Source of the DNA: an uncultured delta proteobacterium
GTDB taxonomy: Bacteria > Desulfobacterota > Desulfobacteria > Desulfobacterales > Desulfosalsimonadaceae
Direction: 5' to 3'
DNA: 64,000 nucleotides
Assembly: GCA_963826785.1 (NCBI GenBank)
Contig: CAWGYD010000004.1
Span: 128,001 to 192,000 of the forward strand
The notes beneath the pieces were generated by a model. It did not search any database. It was not told where the DNA came from and saw only the letters and a list, made by a program, of their open reading frames with translations. Each line of letters starts with the position of its first letter. Within the stretch, counting starts at the first letter, position 1. A program made the translations under genes and the position numbers. This document shows, piece by piece, positions 1 to 10,180 of this stretch.

Positions 1-432
1 TATCCGATCAAACAGAACCGCCGGTACGTCATTTCCGATTCTCTCTCATTCATCTGAAGATCACGGCTGCGTAGTCAACATCGGCGCGGTTTGCACTGCC
101 TTCATGTCGAAGGCGGCCAGGAGAAGCCCCATTTCTGTAAGAGGTATTATTGTAGCAGCATCCCGTCAACTCTGTCCACGATGACACCCATTCGGCCTTG
201 AGCCGGCCGTCCTGAGCGGCGCTTTCCATTCTTCTTTCCCGGCTTCTTTTCCGCGCTGATCCATTCCGTGCGGAATTCGCCCGCCTGTTGCGCTTTCAAG
301 GAACCCCCTTTTGGGCATTGATCCGCCCGGCCGTTTCCGTTTGTGTCTGAACAGATGGGATATCACAGTTATCATCAGTTAACACCGTTCATGTATGTAA
401 ACGGCAGTTATCCTTGAAAAGGAGAAATTTAA

Positions 433-2412
433 ATGAGCAAAATCATGCAGCTGATCCAGGAGCACCAGAAAGAGCGTAAGAATAAAAAGAAAGAAGATCA
501 GACATATCCGAAGAATGCCACCTGCAGCCAGTATCTGGAATTGGTCAAACAAAACCCCGAAATCGCCCAGCATGCCCCTTCCCGCATTTTCAACGCCATC
601 ATGGAGCGCGGCATCGAGGAAATCCCGGGTCGGGAAGCCTGGGGCGATGCGGTCCAGCGCTACCCGTTTTTTTCAGACTCCATGTTCGGCCAGGAAGAGA
701 CCCACGAGAAGCTGGCCCAGTTTTTTGCAGCGGGCGCCCGGCGCACGGAGACGGGCAAACGGATTTTGCTGCTGATGGGCCCCCCCGCGGGCGGCAAGAG
801 TTCCATCGCCTCCATATTGAAAAAAGGTCTCGAGGAGTACAGCCGGAAGGTGCCGCTTTATGCCATCAAGGGATGTGACCTGCACGAGGAGCCGCTCCAT
901 CTTATCCCCCGCCACTTGCGCACCAAAGTGGAAGAAGCGCTCGGCGTCAAGATCGAAGGCGACCTGTGCCCCCAGTGCCGGCGTATGCTGTTTGAGGAAT
1001 ACGCGGTGCGCGATGAGGCCGGCGACGTGGTGGAGATCAAATGGGAGGATGTTCCCGTAAACCGTATCACCCTGTCCGAGCGGGCCCGGGTGGGAATTTC
1101 CACCTTTCAGCCCGGCGATCCCAAGTCCCAGGACATCAGCGACCTGATCGGGCATGAGGATGTGGCCAAATCCGCCCGGTTCGGCAAGGCCGACCCCAGA
1201 AGCTACAGCCTCACCGGGGAGTTGGAAAAGGCCAACCGGGGCATGGTGGAATTCATCGAGATGCTCAAGTGCGACAAAAAATTCCTGTGGTGCCTGATAT
1301 CGGTGGCCCAGGAGCAGGTGATCAAGGTCCAGGGCTCCACCTTTCCCCAGATCTACGTGGATACCGTTATCCTGTCCCACACCAACCAGCCGGAATTCGA
1401 GGAGTTTTCCAAGGAAAAAGAGCCGGCCCTGCACGACCGCATCTACATGATCAAGGTCCCGTACCCCCTGCGGGTCCAAGATGAGAAAAAAGTGTACGAG
1501 AAGCTGCTGAGTCAGAGCAATTTCAACGATATCCATGTTTCCCCCTATGCCCTGGACGTGGTCTCCATGTTCACCGTGCTGACCCGGTATGCCAAGAGCA
1601 ACATCTGCGAGGACCCCATCAAGAAGATGAAATATTACAACGGCGACCGGGTGTCCGAGGACAAGTACCGGGACCCGGTGGATATCCGGGAGCTGCGCAA
1701 GGAAGGGGAGAAGCAGGGGGAGGGCTATTTCGGCATCAGCTCGCGATATGCCATCGACGCCATCAATACCGCCCTGGTGGGCAACGGCGCCAAATGCCTG
1801 ACCCCCCGCATGGTGATCCGTGCCCTGCAGAAGCATTTTGAGCATCACATGGGGTTTTCCAGGGAGGAAGTCCAGCATTACCAGTCCCTGCTCCAGGAAA
1901 CCCGGGAAGGGACGGTCACCGGCGAGTACAAGCAGATCGTGGAAAAAGAGGTGACCAAGGCCTTTCTCCGCGCCTACGAGGACCTGGCCCGGGAGCAGTT
2001 CAACAAGTACATCAGAAACATCACTTCCTTCTGCCGCAGGGAAAAAATAGTCGACGACTTTTCCGGCGAGCGCAGGGATCCGGACGAAAAGTTCATGCGG
2101 TCCATCGAGGAGGTGATCGGGGTGACCGAAAACCGCAAGGACCAGTTCCGCCAGGAGGTCCTGGTGTACAAGGCCACCGAGAAGAACTTCGGATACGAAA
2201 CCTATGAACCGCTCCAGGAAGCCGTGGAGAAGAAACTGCTCCACCAGATGAAGGACACCCTTTCCCTGGTGGTCTCCTCGGAAAGGCCCAAGGGTGACGA
2301 GGAGCGCGCCCGCGCCCGGGACCTGTTCGACACCCTGGTCAACGAGCGCGGATTCTGCGAAACCTGCGCCCGGGAGTTCATCGAGGACGCCGCCCGGTTT
2401 CTCTCCGAGTAG
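433..2412 (+). CDS. prkA: PrkA/YeaG family AAA+ ATPase (annotated serine protein kinase)
   Basis: Walker A GPPAGGKS, LHEEPLHLIP, IEGDLCPQC, GELEKANRGMVEFIEMLK motifs; AAGGAG RBS; followed by yeaH and spoVR. Confidence 0.95.
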   Translation: MSKIMQLIQEHQKERKNKKKEDQTYPKNATCSQYLELVKQNPEIAQHAPSRIFNAIMERGIEEIPGREAWGDAVQRYPFFSDSMFGQEETHEKLAQFFAAGARRTETGKRILLLMGPPAGGKSSIASILKKGLEEYSRKVPLYAIKGCDLHEEPLHLIPRHLRTKVEEALGVKIEGDLCPQCRRMLFEEYAVRDEAGDVVEIKWEDVPVNRITLSERARVGISTFQPGDPKSQDISDLIGHEDVAKSARFGKADPRSYSLTGELEKANRGMVEFIEMLKCDKKFLWCLISVAQEQVIKVQGSTFPQIYVDTVILSHTNQPEFEEFSKEKEPALHDRIYMIKVPYPLRVQDEKKVYEKLLSQSNFNDIHVSPYALDVVSMFTVLTRYAKSNICEDPIKKMKYYNGDRVSEDKYRDPVDIRELRKEGEKQGEGYFGISSRYAIDAINTALVGNGAKCLTPRMVIRALQKHFEHHMGFSREEVQHYQSLLQETREGTVTGEYKQIVEKEVTKAFLRAYEDLAREQFNKYIRNITSFCRREKIVDDFSGERRDPDEKFMRSIEEVIGVTENRKDQFRQEVLVYKATEKNFGYETYEPLQEAVEKKLLHQMKDTLSLVVSSERPKGDEERARARDLFDTLVNERGFCETCAREFIEDAARFLSE

Positions 2413-2473
2413 TCTCTGCGGCATCCCTTAGGTGGTTTATCGATAACAGCAGGGAAAATAACTACGAGAAAAA

Positions 2474-2609
2474 GGAATGATGGAATAATGGAATAATGGA
2501 GTAAAGGGTAAAAGCAAGAATCTCCCAGATGGATTGCAAATTCAAGTCCCCCTTTTTCAAAGGGGGATTCAGGGGGATTTTCCCATCATTCCAACATTCC
2601 ATTATTCCA
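2474..2609. repeat. Inverted clusters of TGGAATAA-type octamers enclosing a CCCCCTTTTTCAAAGGGGG hairpin
   Basis: Four octamer-like units at 2474-2504, three reverse-complement units at 2586-2609, hairpin at 2547-2567. Confidence 0.8.
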
Positions 2610-2681
2610 GTCCTTCAATCTCGGACAACCAAACAAGTGCCCACCCAAAAAGGGCAACTGGATGAGTATAAGGACTGTCAT

Positions 2682-3995
2682 ATGCCAATTTACGAACGGC
2701 ACCGGGAGACCAAGCAGGGCCCCATGGACGCGGCCCGGCACCGGGAAAAGCAGCGCGAAGCCATCAAGCGGGGCATGCGCGAAATCGTGGCCGATGAAAG
2801 CATCATCACCCGCCGCAAGGATGAAAAGGTGAAAGTCCCCATCCGGGGGATCAAGACCTACCGCTTCATCCACGGAAATCCCGGGGGTTCCGGCGGGGGC
2901 GGCGTGGGGGAAGGCGAGGGCAAGCCCGGCGACGTGATCGGAAAACGGCCCGGTCGGGGACGCCCCGGCCAGGCCGGGGACCAGCCGGGTGAGGATTACA
3001 TCGAGACCGAGATCGAGCTGTCCGAACTCATCGAGTTCATGGTGGAGGAGATGGGGCTGCCCAAGATGGCCCCCAAGGACGTGGCCAAGCTGGTGACGCC
3101 GGAAGGGTGGAAATACCGCAGCATCTCCAAGACCGGCCTGCGTCCCAACATCGAGAAGAAGCGCACCTTGAAGGAAGGGATGAAGCGGCTGATCTGCTTT
3201 ATCGAGGAACTCAAGCGGGAAACCGGCAGATCCGATGAAGACTGCGAAACCGCACTGGAAATGGCCCAGGGGGACATCAACGAGGCCCTTGCCATGCTCT
3301 CGGACCCCGCGTTTTGTCCGGAGTGCCATCTCACGGCCGCACCCATCATCACCCGGGAGGATCTGCGCTACCGGGTCCTGGAAAACGAATACGCGTACCA
3401 CTCCAACGCGGTGGTGCTGGCCATGATGGACGTGTCCGCCTCCATGGGGATGGAGAAAAAGTACATCGCCCGCTCGTTTTTCTTCTGGCTGGTGGAAATC
3501 TTGAAGCACCTCTATGAGAACGTGGAGATCCGGTTTATCACCCACACCACGGACGCCAAGCTGGTGGACGAATACAATTTCTTCCACAAGGGGGAATCCG
3601 GCGGCACCCTGTGCCACACCGCCTTCGATCTGGCCGCCGAACTGGTGGAAAAGCAGTACCCCGTGGAAAAATACAACGTCTACGGCTTTCTGTTTTCCGA
3701 CGGGGACGACTGGAGCCCGGAAAAGACGGTCAAATCCCTGCGGCACCTGATGCAGCTGGGGGTGAACATGGTGGGCTACGGCGAGGTCATGGATCGAAAC
3801 GTCATGAGCAACCTCATGCGCATCGCAGAGGATGTGTTTGTCTTAAAACCCCTGACCTCCAGGCGGGACTCTTCCGTGGTGGTTTCCCAGAGCGAGACCC
3901 ACCCCTTCCTGGCCGTGTTGTTTCGGGATGAAAAGCAGATCCTGCCGGCCATCGAGGAATTTCTGAAAAAGGAGCGCTGGCAGAATGAAAAATGA
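2682..3995 (+). CDS. yeaH: YeaH/YhbH (DUF444) protein with C-terminal VWA domain
   Basis: DAARHREK, Gly-rich GVGEGEGKPGDVIG, MIDAS-like MMDVSASM, ESGGT, FSDGD; start set at ATG 2682 behind AAGGA. Confidence 0.92.
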   Translation: MPIYERHRETKQGPMDAARHREKQREAIKRGMREIVADESIITRRKDEKVKVPIRGIKTYRFIHGNPGGSGGGGVGEGEGKPGDVIGKRPGRGRPGQAGDQPGEDYIETEIELSELIEFMVEEMGLPKMAPKDVAKLVTPEGWKYRSISKTGLRPNIEKKRTLKEGMKRLICFIEELKRETGRSDEDCETALEMAQGDINEALAMLSDPAFCPECHLTAAPIITREDLRYRVLENEYAYHSNAVVLAMMDVSASMGMEKKYIARSFFFWLVEILKHLYENVEIRFITHTTDAKLVDEYNFFHKGESGGTLCHTAFDLAAELVEKQYPVEKYNVYGFLFSDGDDWSPEKTVKSLRHLMQLGVNMVGYGEVMDRNVMSNLMRIAEDVFVLKPLTSRRDSSVVVSQSETHPFLAVLFRDEKQILPAIEEFLKKERWQNEK

Positions 3996-5490
3996 TACCC
4001 AACGCCTGGCGCGCATCGACGCTCGCATCCAGGAGATCATGGAAGAGTGGGGGCTCACCGTGGTCCCCACTGATTTTGAAATCATTCCCGCCCAAAGAAT
4101 GTTTGAGATCATGGCCTACGGCCTGCCGGTCAATTTCCGGCACTGGTCCCGGGGCCGCGACTACGAGCGGGTCCGCACCATCTACGAGCACTCGGGGCTG
4201 GGACTTCCCTATGAAACCGTGCTCAACACCTCGCCCCCAAAGGCGTTTCTCATGGAGACCAACCCCTTTGCCATACAGGTGATGGTCATCGCCCACGTGT
4301 ACGCCCACGTCGATTTTTTCCGGGAGAACCTCCAATTCAAGGAAGCCCCGGAAGACATCCTCCCCAAGGCATACGAGATGGCCAAGCGGTTTGATTATTA
4401 TGAACACCACTACGGCATCTCCCGGACCGAGCCGCTCATCGATGCGGGCCTGGCGCTTCAGTTCAACATCGATCCGGACATCCATAAATCCCTGGAAAAC
4501 CGGGACGAGCAGTTCGAGCGGCTCTATGGCGAGACCGATGACGGCGGAAAACCGGTGGATGCGTTTTATAAACTCTTCCCCCGCCAGAAGAAGAAGCGGC
4601 CGGACTTCTGGGAACTGGCCCACAAGACGCCGCTGGAGCCGGAGCGCGACCTGCTGGGCTATCTCATCGACCATTCGCCCAAACCCCTGGATCGGTGGGA
4701 GCAGGATGTCCTGTCCTCCATCCGCACCCAGGGGATGTATTTCTATCCCCAGCTGCGCACCAAGATCATGAACGAGGGCTGGGCCTCCTACTGGCACGAG
4801 CAGGCCATGCGAAAGCTTTTCGAGGAAGGGCTGCTCAATACGGAGGAGCACGGCTACTATGCCCAGTACCACGCGGCGGTCCTGGCACCCAACCGGTTTC
4901 AGCTGAATCCCTACCGGGTGGGCCGGAAGATGTTTGAAGACATTCGGAAACGCTGGGACTGCGGCCGGTTCGGCCGTCAGTGGCGGGAATGCGAGGACGA
5001 CCGGGAGCGGGAGTGCTGGGACAAGGGGCTGGGGGAGGGGCTCGAAAAGATGTTTTCCGTGCGCCGGATCTACTCGGACCGGATGTTTATCGAGCATTTC
5101 CTCACCGACGACCTCATCCATGATATGAATCTCTATATCTACGAAGAGCGAAAAACCATGGATGGCGGCAGCGAGATCGTGATCGCGGAGCACCGCCCCG
5201 AAATCATCCGGCAGCAGCTCAAGGAAGTGCACGCCGACGGCGGCCAGCCCCGCATCGTGGTGGAGGACGGCAACTACCGGGGCCGGCATGAACTCTACCT
5301 GCGCCACATATTCGAAGGCGCTCCGCTCGATTACGAATACCTCCAGAAAACCGTCGAGCACATCTACCACCTCTGGGGCCGCAACGTGCACCTGGAAACC
5401 GTGGACGTGCTCAAAAACGACCGCGGCGAGCTTTCCCGCCGAAACGTAGTCTACCAGTACGACGGCATCGGCCATTCCAAAAAAGGATAG
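3985..5490 (+). CDS. spoVR: SpoVR/YcgB family protein
   Basis: HWSRGRDY, AHVYAHVDFF, YFYPQLRTKIMNEGWASYWH, LNPYRVG; overlaps yeaH end. Confidence 0.95.
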   Translation: MKNDTQRLARIDARIQEIMEEWGLTVVPTDFEIIPAQRMFEIMAYGLPVNFRHWSRGRDYERVRTIYEHSGLGLPYETVLNTSPPKAFLMETNPFAIQVMVIAHVYAHVDFFRENLQFKEAPEDILPKAYEMAKRFDYYEHHYGISRTEPLIDAGLALQFNIDPDIHKSLENRDEQFERLYGETDDGGKPVDAFYKLFPRQKKKRPDFWELAHKTPLEPERDLLGYLIDHSPKPLDRWEQDVLSSIRTQGMYFYPQLRTKIMNEGWASYWHEQAMRKLFEEGLLNTEEHGYYAQYHAAVLAPNRFQLNPYRVGRKMFEDIRKRWDCGRFGRQWRECEDDRERECWDKGLGEGLEKMFSVRRIYSDRMFIEHFLTDDLIHDMNLYIYEERKTMDGGSEIVIAEHRPEIIRQQLKEVHADGGQPRIVVEDGNYRGRHELYLRHIFEGAPLDYEYLQKTVEHIYHLWGRNVHLETVDVLKNDRGELSRRNVVYQYDGIGHSKKG

Positions 5491-5574
5491 ACGATTTCCC
5501 CAATTTTGAATCCGTTTTATCAAAACCCTCTCTTGAGTCTTACAAATCTCAAAAAGCCCCCCCATTTCAAAAAG

Positions 5575-5616
5575 TCCCCTTCTAAACTTTTTAAAAGGGG
5601 GATTTAGGGGGATTTT
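5575..5616. repeat. Degenerate CCCC..AAAGGGGGATTTAGGGGGATTT palindromic element
   Basis: Similar to copies at 2547-2581 and 10229-10267. Confidence 0.65.
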
Positions 5617-5808
5617 CCCTCAGAATACACGACCCTTCCCCCGCCCCCCCCACCCTTCCCTTCTGCGAAAAAGGTCGCCCGTGCGCCCGCCGGGAATAAC
5701 CCGAGCAGGCCCTGCCCGCATTCGATTGCAAACCCATTGAAAAAAAGATCCGGATATCATAATGATTTTGATTTGGCATCGGTGATTGGAATGCAATCAG
5801 GAGGTTTG

Positions 5809-6279
5809 ATGAATCAAAAGAAAAACCAAAGCACCGGGCCGCACACGGTGAAGCTGGATCAATGGATCGACTGCGCGCCGTTTGAGCGGCTGCTGAACAT
5901 GGAGATCGTGGAGGCGGCCGGGGGCAGGGCGGTGTTGACCATGCCGTTTTATGAACAATATGCCCAGGGAGCCGGCCTGATGCATGGCGGCGCACTGGTC
6001 AGCCTGGCCGACACGGCCGTGGGGATGGCCATCAAGAGCCTGCTTCCGCCGGACACGCATTTTGCCACCACCCGGTTGGAAACCGTCTTCCTCTACCCGG
6101 TCACAAAAGGCGTGGTGACCGCCGAAGCCAGCGTGACCCGCCGGGAAGGCCGCATCCTCGAAGGAAGCGCCGTGGTCAAAAACGAGGAGGGCCGTGAAGT
6201 GATGCGGTTTAACTCCGAGTTCAAGGTGGCCAGGGAAAGAAAGCAGACACTGCTTCCGCGCCTCGATCTTGAACGGTAG
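5809..6279 (+). CDS. PaaI family (hotdog-fold) thioesterase
   Basis: GLMHGGALVSLADTAVG motif; AGGAGG RBS before ATG 5809. Confidence 0.9.
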   Translation: MNQKKNQSTGPHTVKLDQWIDCAPFERLLNMEIVEAAGGRAVLTMPFYEQYAQGAGLMHGGALVSLADTAVGMAIKSLLPPDTHFATTRLETVFLYPVTKGVVTAEASVTRREGRILEGSAVVKNEEGREVMRFNSEFKVARERKQTLLPRLDLER

Positions 6280-6300
6280 GGGAGGGTTTTACGCCTGCCC
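6276..6300 (+). repeat. GTAG-type REP-like palindrome
   Basis: GTAGGGGAGGGTTTTACGCCTGCCC; its TAG is the stop codon of the thioesterase gene. Confidence 0.5.
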
Positions 6301-6331
6301 GCTCCTGTCGGGCATCCCGGCCAACTTGTCG

Positions 6332-6838
6332 TCATTTTTCTTCATACAACTGCCGCAAGGTTTCCTGAAGGACCGCCAGCCGCTGCTTATCCGCCGGATC
6401 ATTTGACTTTCTTTTCAGTTCAACCAGCATCCGGATATCGAGCACGCGTAAAGTATATCCCCTGAATTCCAATTCTATGGTTTGACCCAGAAGATCTTCA
6501 TATGTTTTTCCGTCTTCAATAAACGCCAGGACATCCAGCGGGCCCAGAGGGGTCGATAAAAGCACATGCCCTTCAGAAAAATCTTCCTGTTTTGGCGCTA
6601 TGACTTTGTCATCAGGGCGACGATAAATAGCGCCTATCGATTTTAGAAATGAAAAGAGCGTTGAAATGTTTTCGGAAGACCGGCGATGCAGGATATCCAC
6701 ATCCAGTGTCGTGACCGGCGCCCCCTGCACCACCGCCGCCAGGCCGCCCACCAGGATAAACTGGATTTCCGCCTTGAGCAGCCCCTCAAGTATCGCGCTC
6801 AGATCTGCGCCTGTCGTTTCTTTGCTGTTTGAATGCAT
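6332..6838 (-). CDS. Predicted nucleotidyltransferase (DUF6036-like)
   Basis: FILVGGLAA...PVTTLDVDI (GG plus DxD) and LVELKR...DKQ end; true start uncertain. Confidence 0.75.
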   Translation of the reverse strand: MHSNSKETTGADLSAILEGLLKAEIQFILVGGLAAVVQGAPVTTLDVDILHRRSSENISTLFSFLKSIGAIYRRPDDKVIAPKQEDFSEGHVLLSTPLGPLDVLAFIEDGKTYEDLLGQTIELEFRGYTLRVLDIRMLVELKRKSNDPADKQRLAVLQETLRQLYEEK

Positions 6839-6995
6839 TTCTCAATTCCAGAATCGCCCGTACCGCATTGTCATTTGCCTTCAGGCGTTCCTCCGGTGTC
6901 ATTTTGAGGAACATAATGATCAAGCCTTTATCAACGTCTTTTTTTTCTTGTTCGCCGGTCATAAGATATGAAGAATTTCCCATAGATGCTAACAT
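6786..6995 (-). CDS. Small protein with LKMTPEERL motif, putative partner of the nucleotidyltransferase
   Basis: Overlaps the NTase 5' end; short helical sequence; start may be the ATG at 6963. Confidence 0.6.
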   Translation of the reverse strand: MLASMGNSSYLMTGEQEKKDVDKGLIIMFLKMTPEERLKANDNAVRAILELRNAFKQQRNDRRRSERDT

Positions 6996-7028
6996 TAATG
7001 AAATCGTAAAAGTCGTATTTTAGGCTTT

Positions 7029-7055
7029 CGTCATTCCAGCGGATGCGGGAATCTA
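7029..7055 (+). repeat. CGTC-type palindromic repeat, solo degenerate copy
   Basis: CGTCATTCCAGCGGATGCGGGAATCTA resembles the copies at 39151-39228. Confidence 0.6.
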
Positions 7056-7242
7056 TAGGCTCCCGGAATTTTCAAAATCAGACAGCGACTCCGTTGAATC
7101 CAATATAAATGGTTCGGCAAGGCCTTTATAACCGTTTTTATCATATTTATTGTGGCCAAGAATGTTACACTGTCAATAGTTTTATTACAGATGAATGCGC
7201 AAGGCATATTCAGGTAAACCCCAAAGCCAGGAGGTGATTGCC

Positions 7243-8946
7243 ATGACCAGCCCCTATGATGCCAGGCCATGGGTTTCGGCTTACGACCCGTGGGTTAACC
7301 CGGAGATCGATCTTCCGGAAACGACCTACAAGGACATGCTGGAAGAGGGGCTTTCGGTTGCGCCCGGGCGGCCGGCCATGATTTTTTTCGACCGGCCGAT
7401 CACGTTTGCCAGGCTTGACGAACTGTCCGCCCGGTTTGCCGCATATCTTTGCGCTTCCGGGTGCCGGGCCGGGGACGTGGTGGCCATCAACATGCCCAAT
7501 CTCCCCCAGTACCTGATCGCCTTTGCCGGGGCGGTGCGGGCCGGGTGCGCGGTTTCCGGGGTTTCGTTTCTGCTCACCCCCAAGGAATTGTCCTACCAGC
7601 TGGCCGATGCCGAAGCAAAAGTCCTGGTCACCCTGGACTCCGTGTTCGAGGAAAAGGTAGCGCCGATTGCGGACCATCTGCCGGCATTGAAGGCGGTGGT
7701 GGCAGCCGGGGTGGCCGATTTTCTGCCGCCAATCAAACGGATGCTGGGAAAGCTGTTGAAAAAGATCCCCACCGGCAGGGTTTTTCCCCTGGCCGGAAAG
7801 CAGGTGGTATCCTTTCAGCAGGCAATATCTCATCATCGACCCAAATTGCCGAAAGTAGTTTCTTCCCCGGATGAACCCTGCCTGGTCCAGTACACCGGCG
7901 GGACCACGGGGCGGCCCAAGGGAGCGCTTTTGACCCACCGCAACATTGCCGCCAATGTGCTTCAGGCCCGTCAGTGGATTAATCTCAAGCCGGGCGATCC
8001 GGAGGTGGGGTGCTCGGCATTTCCCTTCTTCCACCTGGCCGGAATGATGCTCGGAATGATGGGGCTCTGCTCGGGCATGACACAGCTGCTGATCCCGGAC
8101 CCGAGGGATACGAAGCTGATCTGCCGGCTGATTTCCAAATACCGGCCCACGATCATGGCCAACGTGCCCTCCCTTTACCAGATGCTCATGGACGAACCGA
8201 AATTTTCAACACTTGATTTCTCTTCCCTTCGCCTGTGCATGTCCGGCGCGGCCCCCTTTTCCGCCGAATCCATCCGCCGGTTCGAGTCCATGGCGGGGGC
8301 GGGCAAGGTGCTGGAAGTCTACGGCATGACCGAGACCAGTCCCCTGCTCACCATGAATCCCCACAGCGGCAGAAAAAAGATCGGTTCCGTGGGTATACCG
8401 GTCCAAAGCACCCGGATCAAACTGGTGGACGTGGATACCGGAAAGTGCGAAGTCCCGGTGGGGTCCGAAGGGGAGCTGATCGCCCGGGGGCCCCAGGTGA
8501 TGGCCGGCTACAAGGGGATGCCCGAAGAGACCGCCCATGCCCTGCGCGAATTTGAAGGGGAAACATGGCTCTACACCGGGGATGTGGCACGGATGGATCC
8601 GGATGGTTATTTCACCATCGTGGATCGGACCAAGGACATGGTCAATGTGGGCGGCTACAAGGTCTTTTCGCGGGAGGTGGAGGAATCCCTCTACCAATTT
8701 CCAGGCGTGGAGTTCTGCGCGGTCATCGGCATCCCCGATCCGAAGCGGCCCGGCTCCGAGCGGGTCAAGGCGGTGATTCAGCCTTCATGGGATATCGATT
8801 CGGCCGATATCGACGCCAGGCGAGAAGAACTCCTTAAATACTGCCGGAAGACCATGGCCCCCTACAAGGTTCCCAAAGCGGTGGAATTCACCCGATCCAT
8901 TCCGCTCACTGCCGTGGGGAAGGTGGACAAGAAGGCGCTTCGTTAG
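7243..8946 (+). CDS. Long-chain fatty acid-CoA ligase (FadD-like)
   Basis: QYTGGTTGRPKG, YGMTETSP, LYTGD, TAVGKVDKK; GGAGGTG RBS. Confidence 0.93.
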   Translation: MTSPYDARPWVSAYDPWVNPEIDLPETTYKDMLEEGLSVAPGRPAMIFFDRPITFARLDELSARFAAYLCASGCRAGDVVAINMPNLPQYLIAFAGAVRAGCAVSGVSFLLTPKELSYQLADAEAKVLVTLDSVFEEKVAPIADHLPALKAVVAAGVADFLPPIKRMLGKLLKKIPTGRVFPLAGKQVVSFQQAISHHRPKLPKVVSSPDEPCLVQYTGGTTGRPKGALLTHRNIAANVLQARQWINLKPGDPEVGCSAFPFFHLAGMMLGMMGLCSGMTQLLIPDPRDTKLICRLISKYRPTIMANVPSLYQMLMDEPKFSTLDFSSLRLCMSGAAPFSAESIRRFESMAGAGKVLEVYGMTETSPLLTMNPHSGRKKIGSVGIPVQSTRIKLVDVDTGKCEVPVGSEGELIARGPQVMAGYKGMPEETAHALREFEGETWLYTGDVARMDPDGYFTIVDRTKDMVNVGGYKVFSREVEESLYQFPGVEFCAVIGIPDPKRPGSERVKAVIQPSWDIDSADIDARREELLKYCRKTMAPYKVPKAVEFTRSIPLTAVGKVDKKALR

Positions 8947-9869
8947 CTTTTGACCGCCTCCGCCCGATTTTCATCGGGCACGCACACCCGGTTTTTGCCC
9001 CTATCTTTAGCCTGATACAGCGACTGGTCGGCTTTTTGGATCAGGCGGTAGACGGAATCGGCATCTGAGGGGAATTCTGACACCCCGACGCTGATGGTGA
9101 CCTTTCCGCCGGGTTGGGTCTCCCGGTGGGCAAATGGGTATTGCGCCACGGCTGTGCATATCCTTTCCGCCAGCGCCGCCGCTTCTGCCTTTGCGGTTTC
9201 GGGCATCAGGATGACAAATTCCTCTCCACCGTACCGGGCGGCCACATCCGTTTTCCGGGTCAGGCCTTGAAAACAGCGCGCAAGATCCTGCAGCAGCCGG
9301 TCTCCGGGCTGGTGCCCATGGGTGTCGTTATAGTGCTTGAAGTCATCCAGATCGATCATTAAAAAAGACAGGTTCCGCTGATACCGCCGGGCGCGTTCCA
9401 GTTCAAGCTCTATTCGGTCCATGAAAAAATGACGGTTATGCAGGCCGGTCAGTTCATCCGTCACGGCCAGCAAGCGGACCTCTTCATTCAATCGGGTGAT
9501 GATATGAATATAGGTGCCGTGAATCATGCCGAAAAAGCTGCCGACCAGAATGAAAAAGATGGCCATGGGAACATGCTCGAAGGTAAAGGCCCTGGCCAGT
9601 GCCGCAAAAATAGTGCCCGGGGTCAAACTGTAAAAGTCATGGGCGATCATGGACAGGGGATGAAGGATGGCGATGCCGAAAAGGGCGCCGGCCAGCGTAT
9701 GAACGCAAAGACGGCGACCGATGCCGATACGGTTTTCCTGAAACCGTCCGGGCCTGAAAGTTCGTTTGCGATTGCCGTTTTTCACAGACCGGCGGGCCGC
9801 CTGGAATATCGACCGGATGGTCATGACACGTTGCTCCAAAATTTTCATATCTGTTCTTGAATCTGACAC
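8943..9869 (-). CDS. Membrane-anchored diguanylate cyclase
   Basis: Two hydrophobic segments, TDELTGLHNR, DLDDFKHYND, RYGGEEF; RKTD I-site. Confidence 0.93.
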   Translation of the reverse strand: MSDSRTDMKILEQRVMTIRSIFQAARRSVKNGNRKRTFRPGRFQENRIGIGRRLCVHTLAGALFGIAILHPLSMIAHDFYSLTPGTIFAALARAFTFEHVPMAIFFILVGSFFGMIHGTYIHIITRLNEEVRLLAVTDELTGLHNRHFFMDRIELELERARRYQRNLSFLMIDLDDFKHYNDTHGHQPGDRLLQDLARCFQGLTRKTDVAARYGGEEFVILMPETAKAEAAALAERICTAVAQYPFAHRETQPGGKVTISVGVSEFPSDADSVYRLIQKADQSLYQAKDRGKNRVCVPDENRAEAVKS

Positions 9870-10049
9870 AAGATAGACATCAATGCATTAATTTCAAAGG
9901 ATACAGGCCTGCTGCCGCCCGTTAAGCGATTGCCCCCGATCATGCTTTGAAACGACTTTGATCAGGCATTATTTTTAATGAAGGCGTAAACAGCTCCCCA
10001 TCCGCCGGGCTGTGGTTTTTTTACATGAAGAAACTTTTTAACCTCGAGG

Positions 10050-10140
10050 GTACACCCCCCTTGAGGGCACACCTTTAATTCCCCCCTCGAGGGGGGACCA
10101 AGGGGGGTGTACGGCCCGGCAAAAACAAAAAAATAAATTT
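10050..10140. repeat. Miniature TIR-bounded palindromic element (GTACACCCCCCTT...AAGGGGGGTGTAC) plus conserved right flank
   Basis: Perfect 13-bp inverted ends at 10050-10062 and 10100-10112; right arm recurs at 11904-11962 and 46021-46083. Confidence 0.8.
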
Positions 10141-10180
10141 GTTTTTCTGGTTATCCCGAAAAAACCAGTAATCGTTTTTC

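Noticed and set aside
673..5565. Long antisense ORFs (583, 386 and 583 aa) opposite prkA, yeaH and spoVR, and similar ones elsewhere
   Set aside because: Shadow frames expected from GC-rich codon bias; no recognisable motifs
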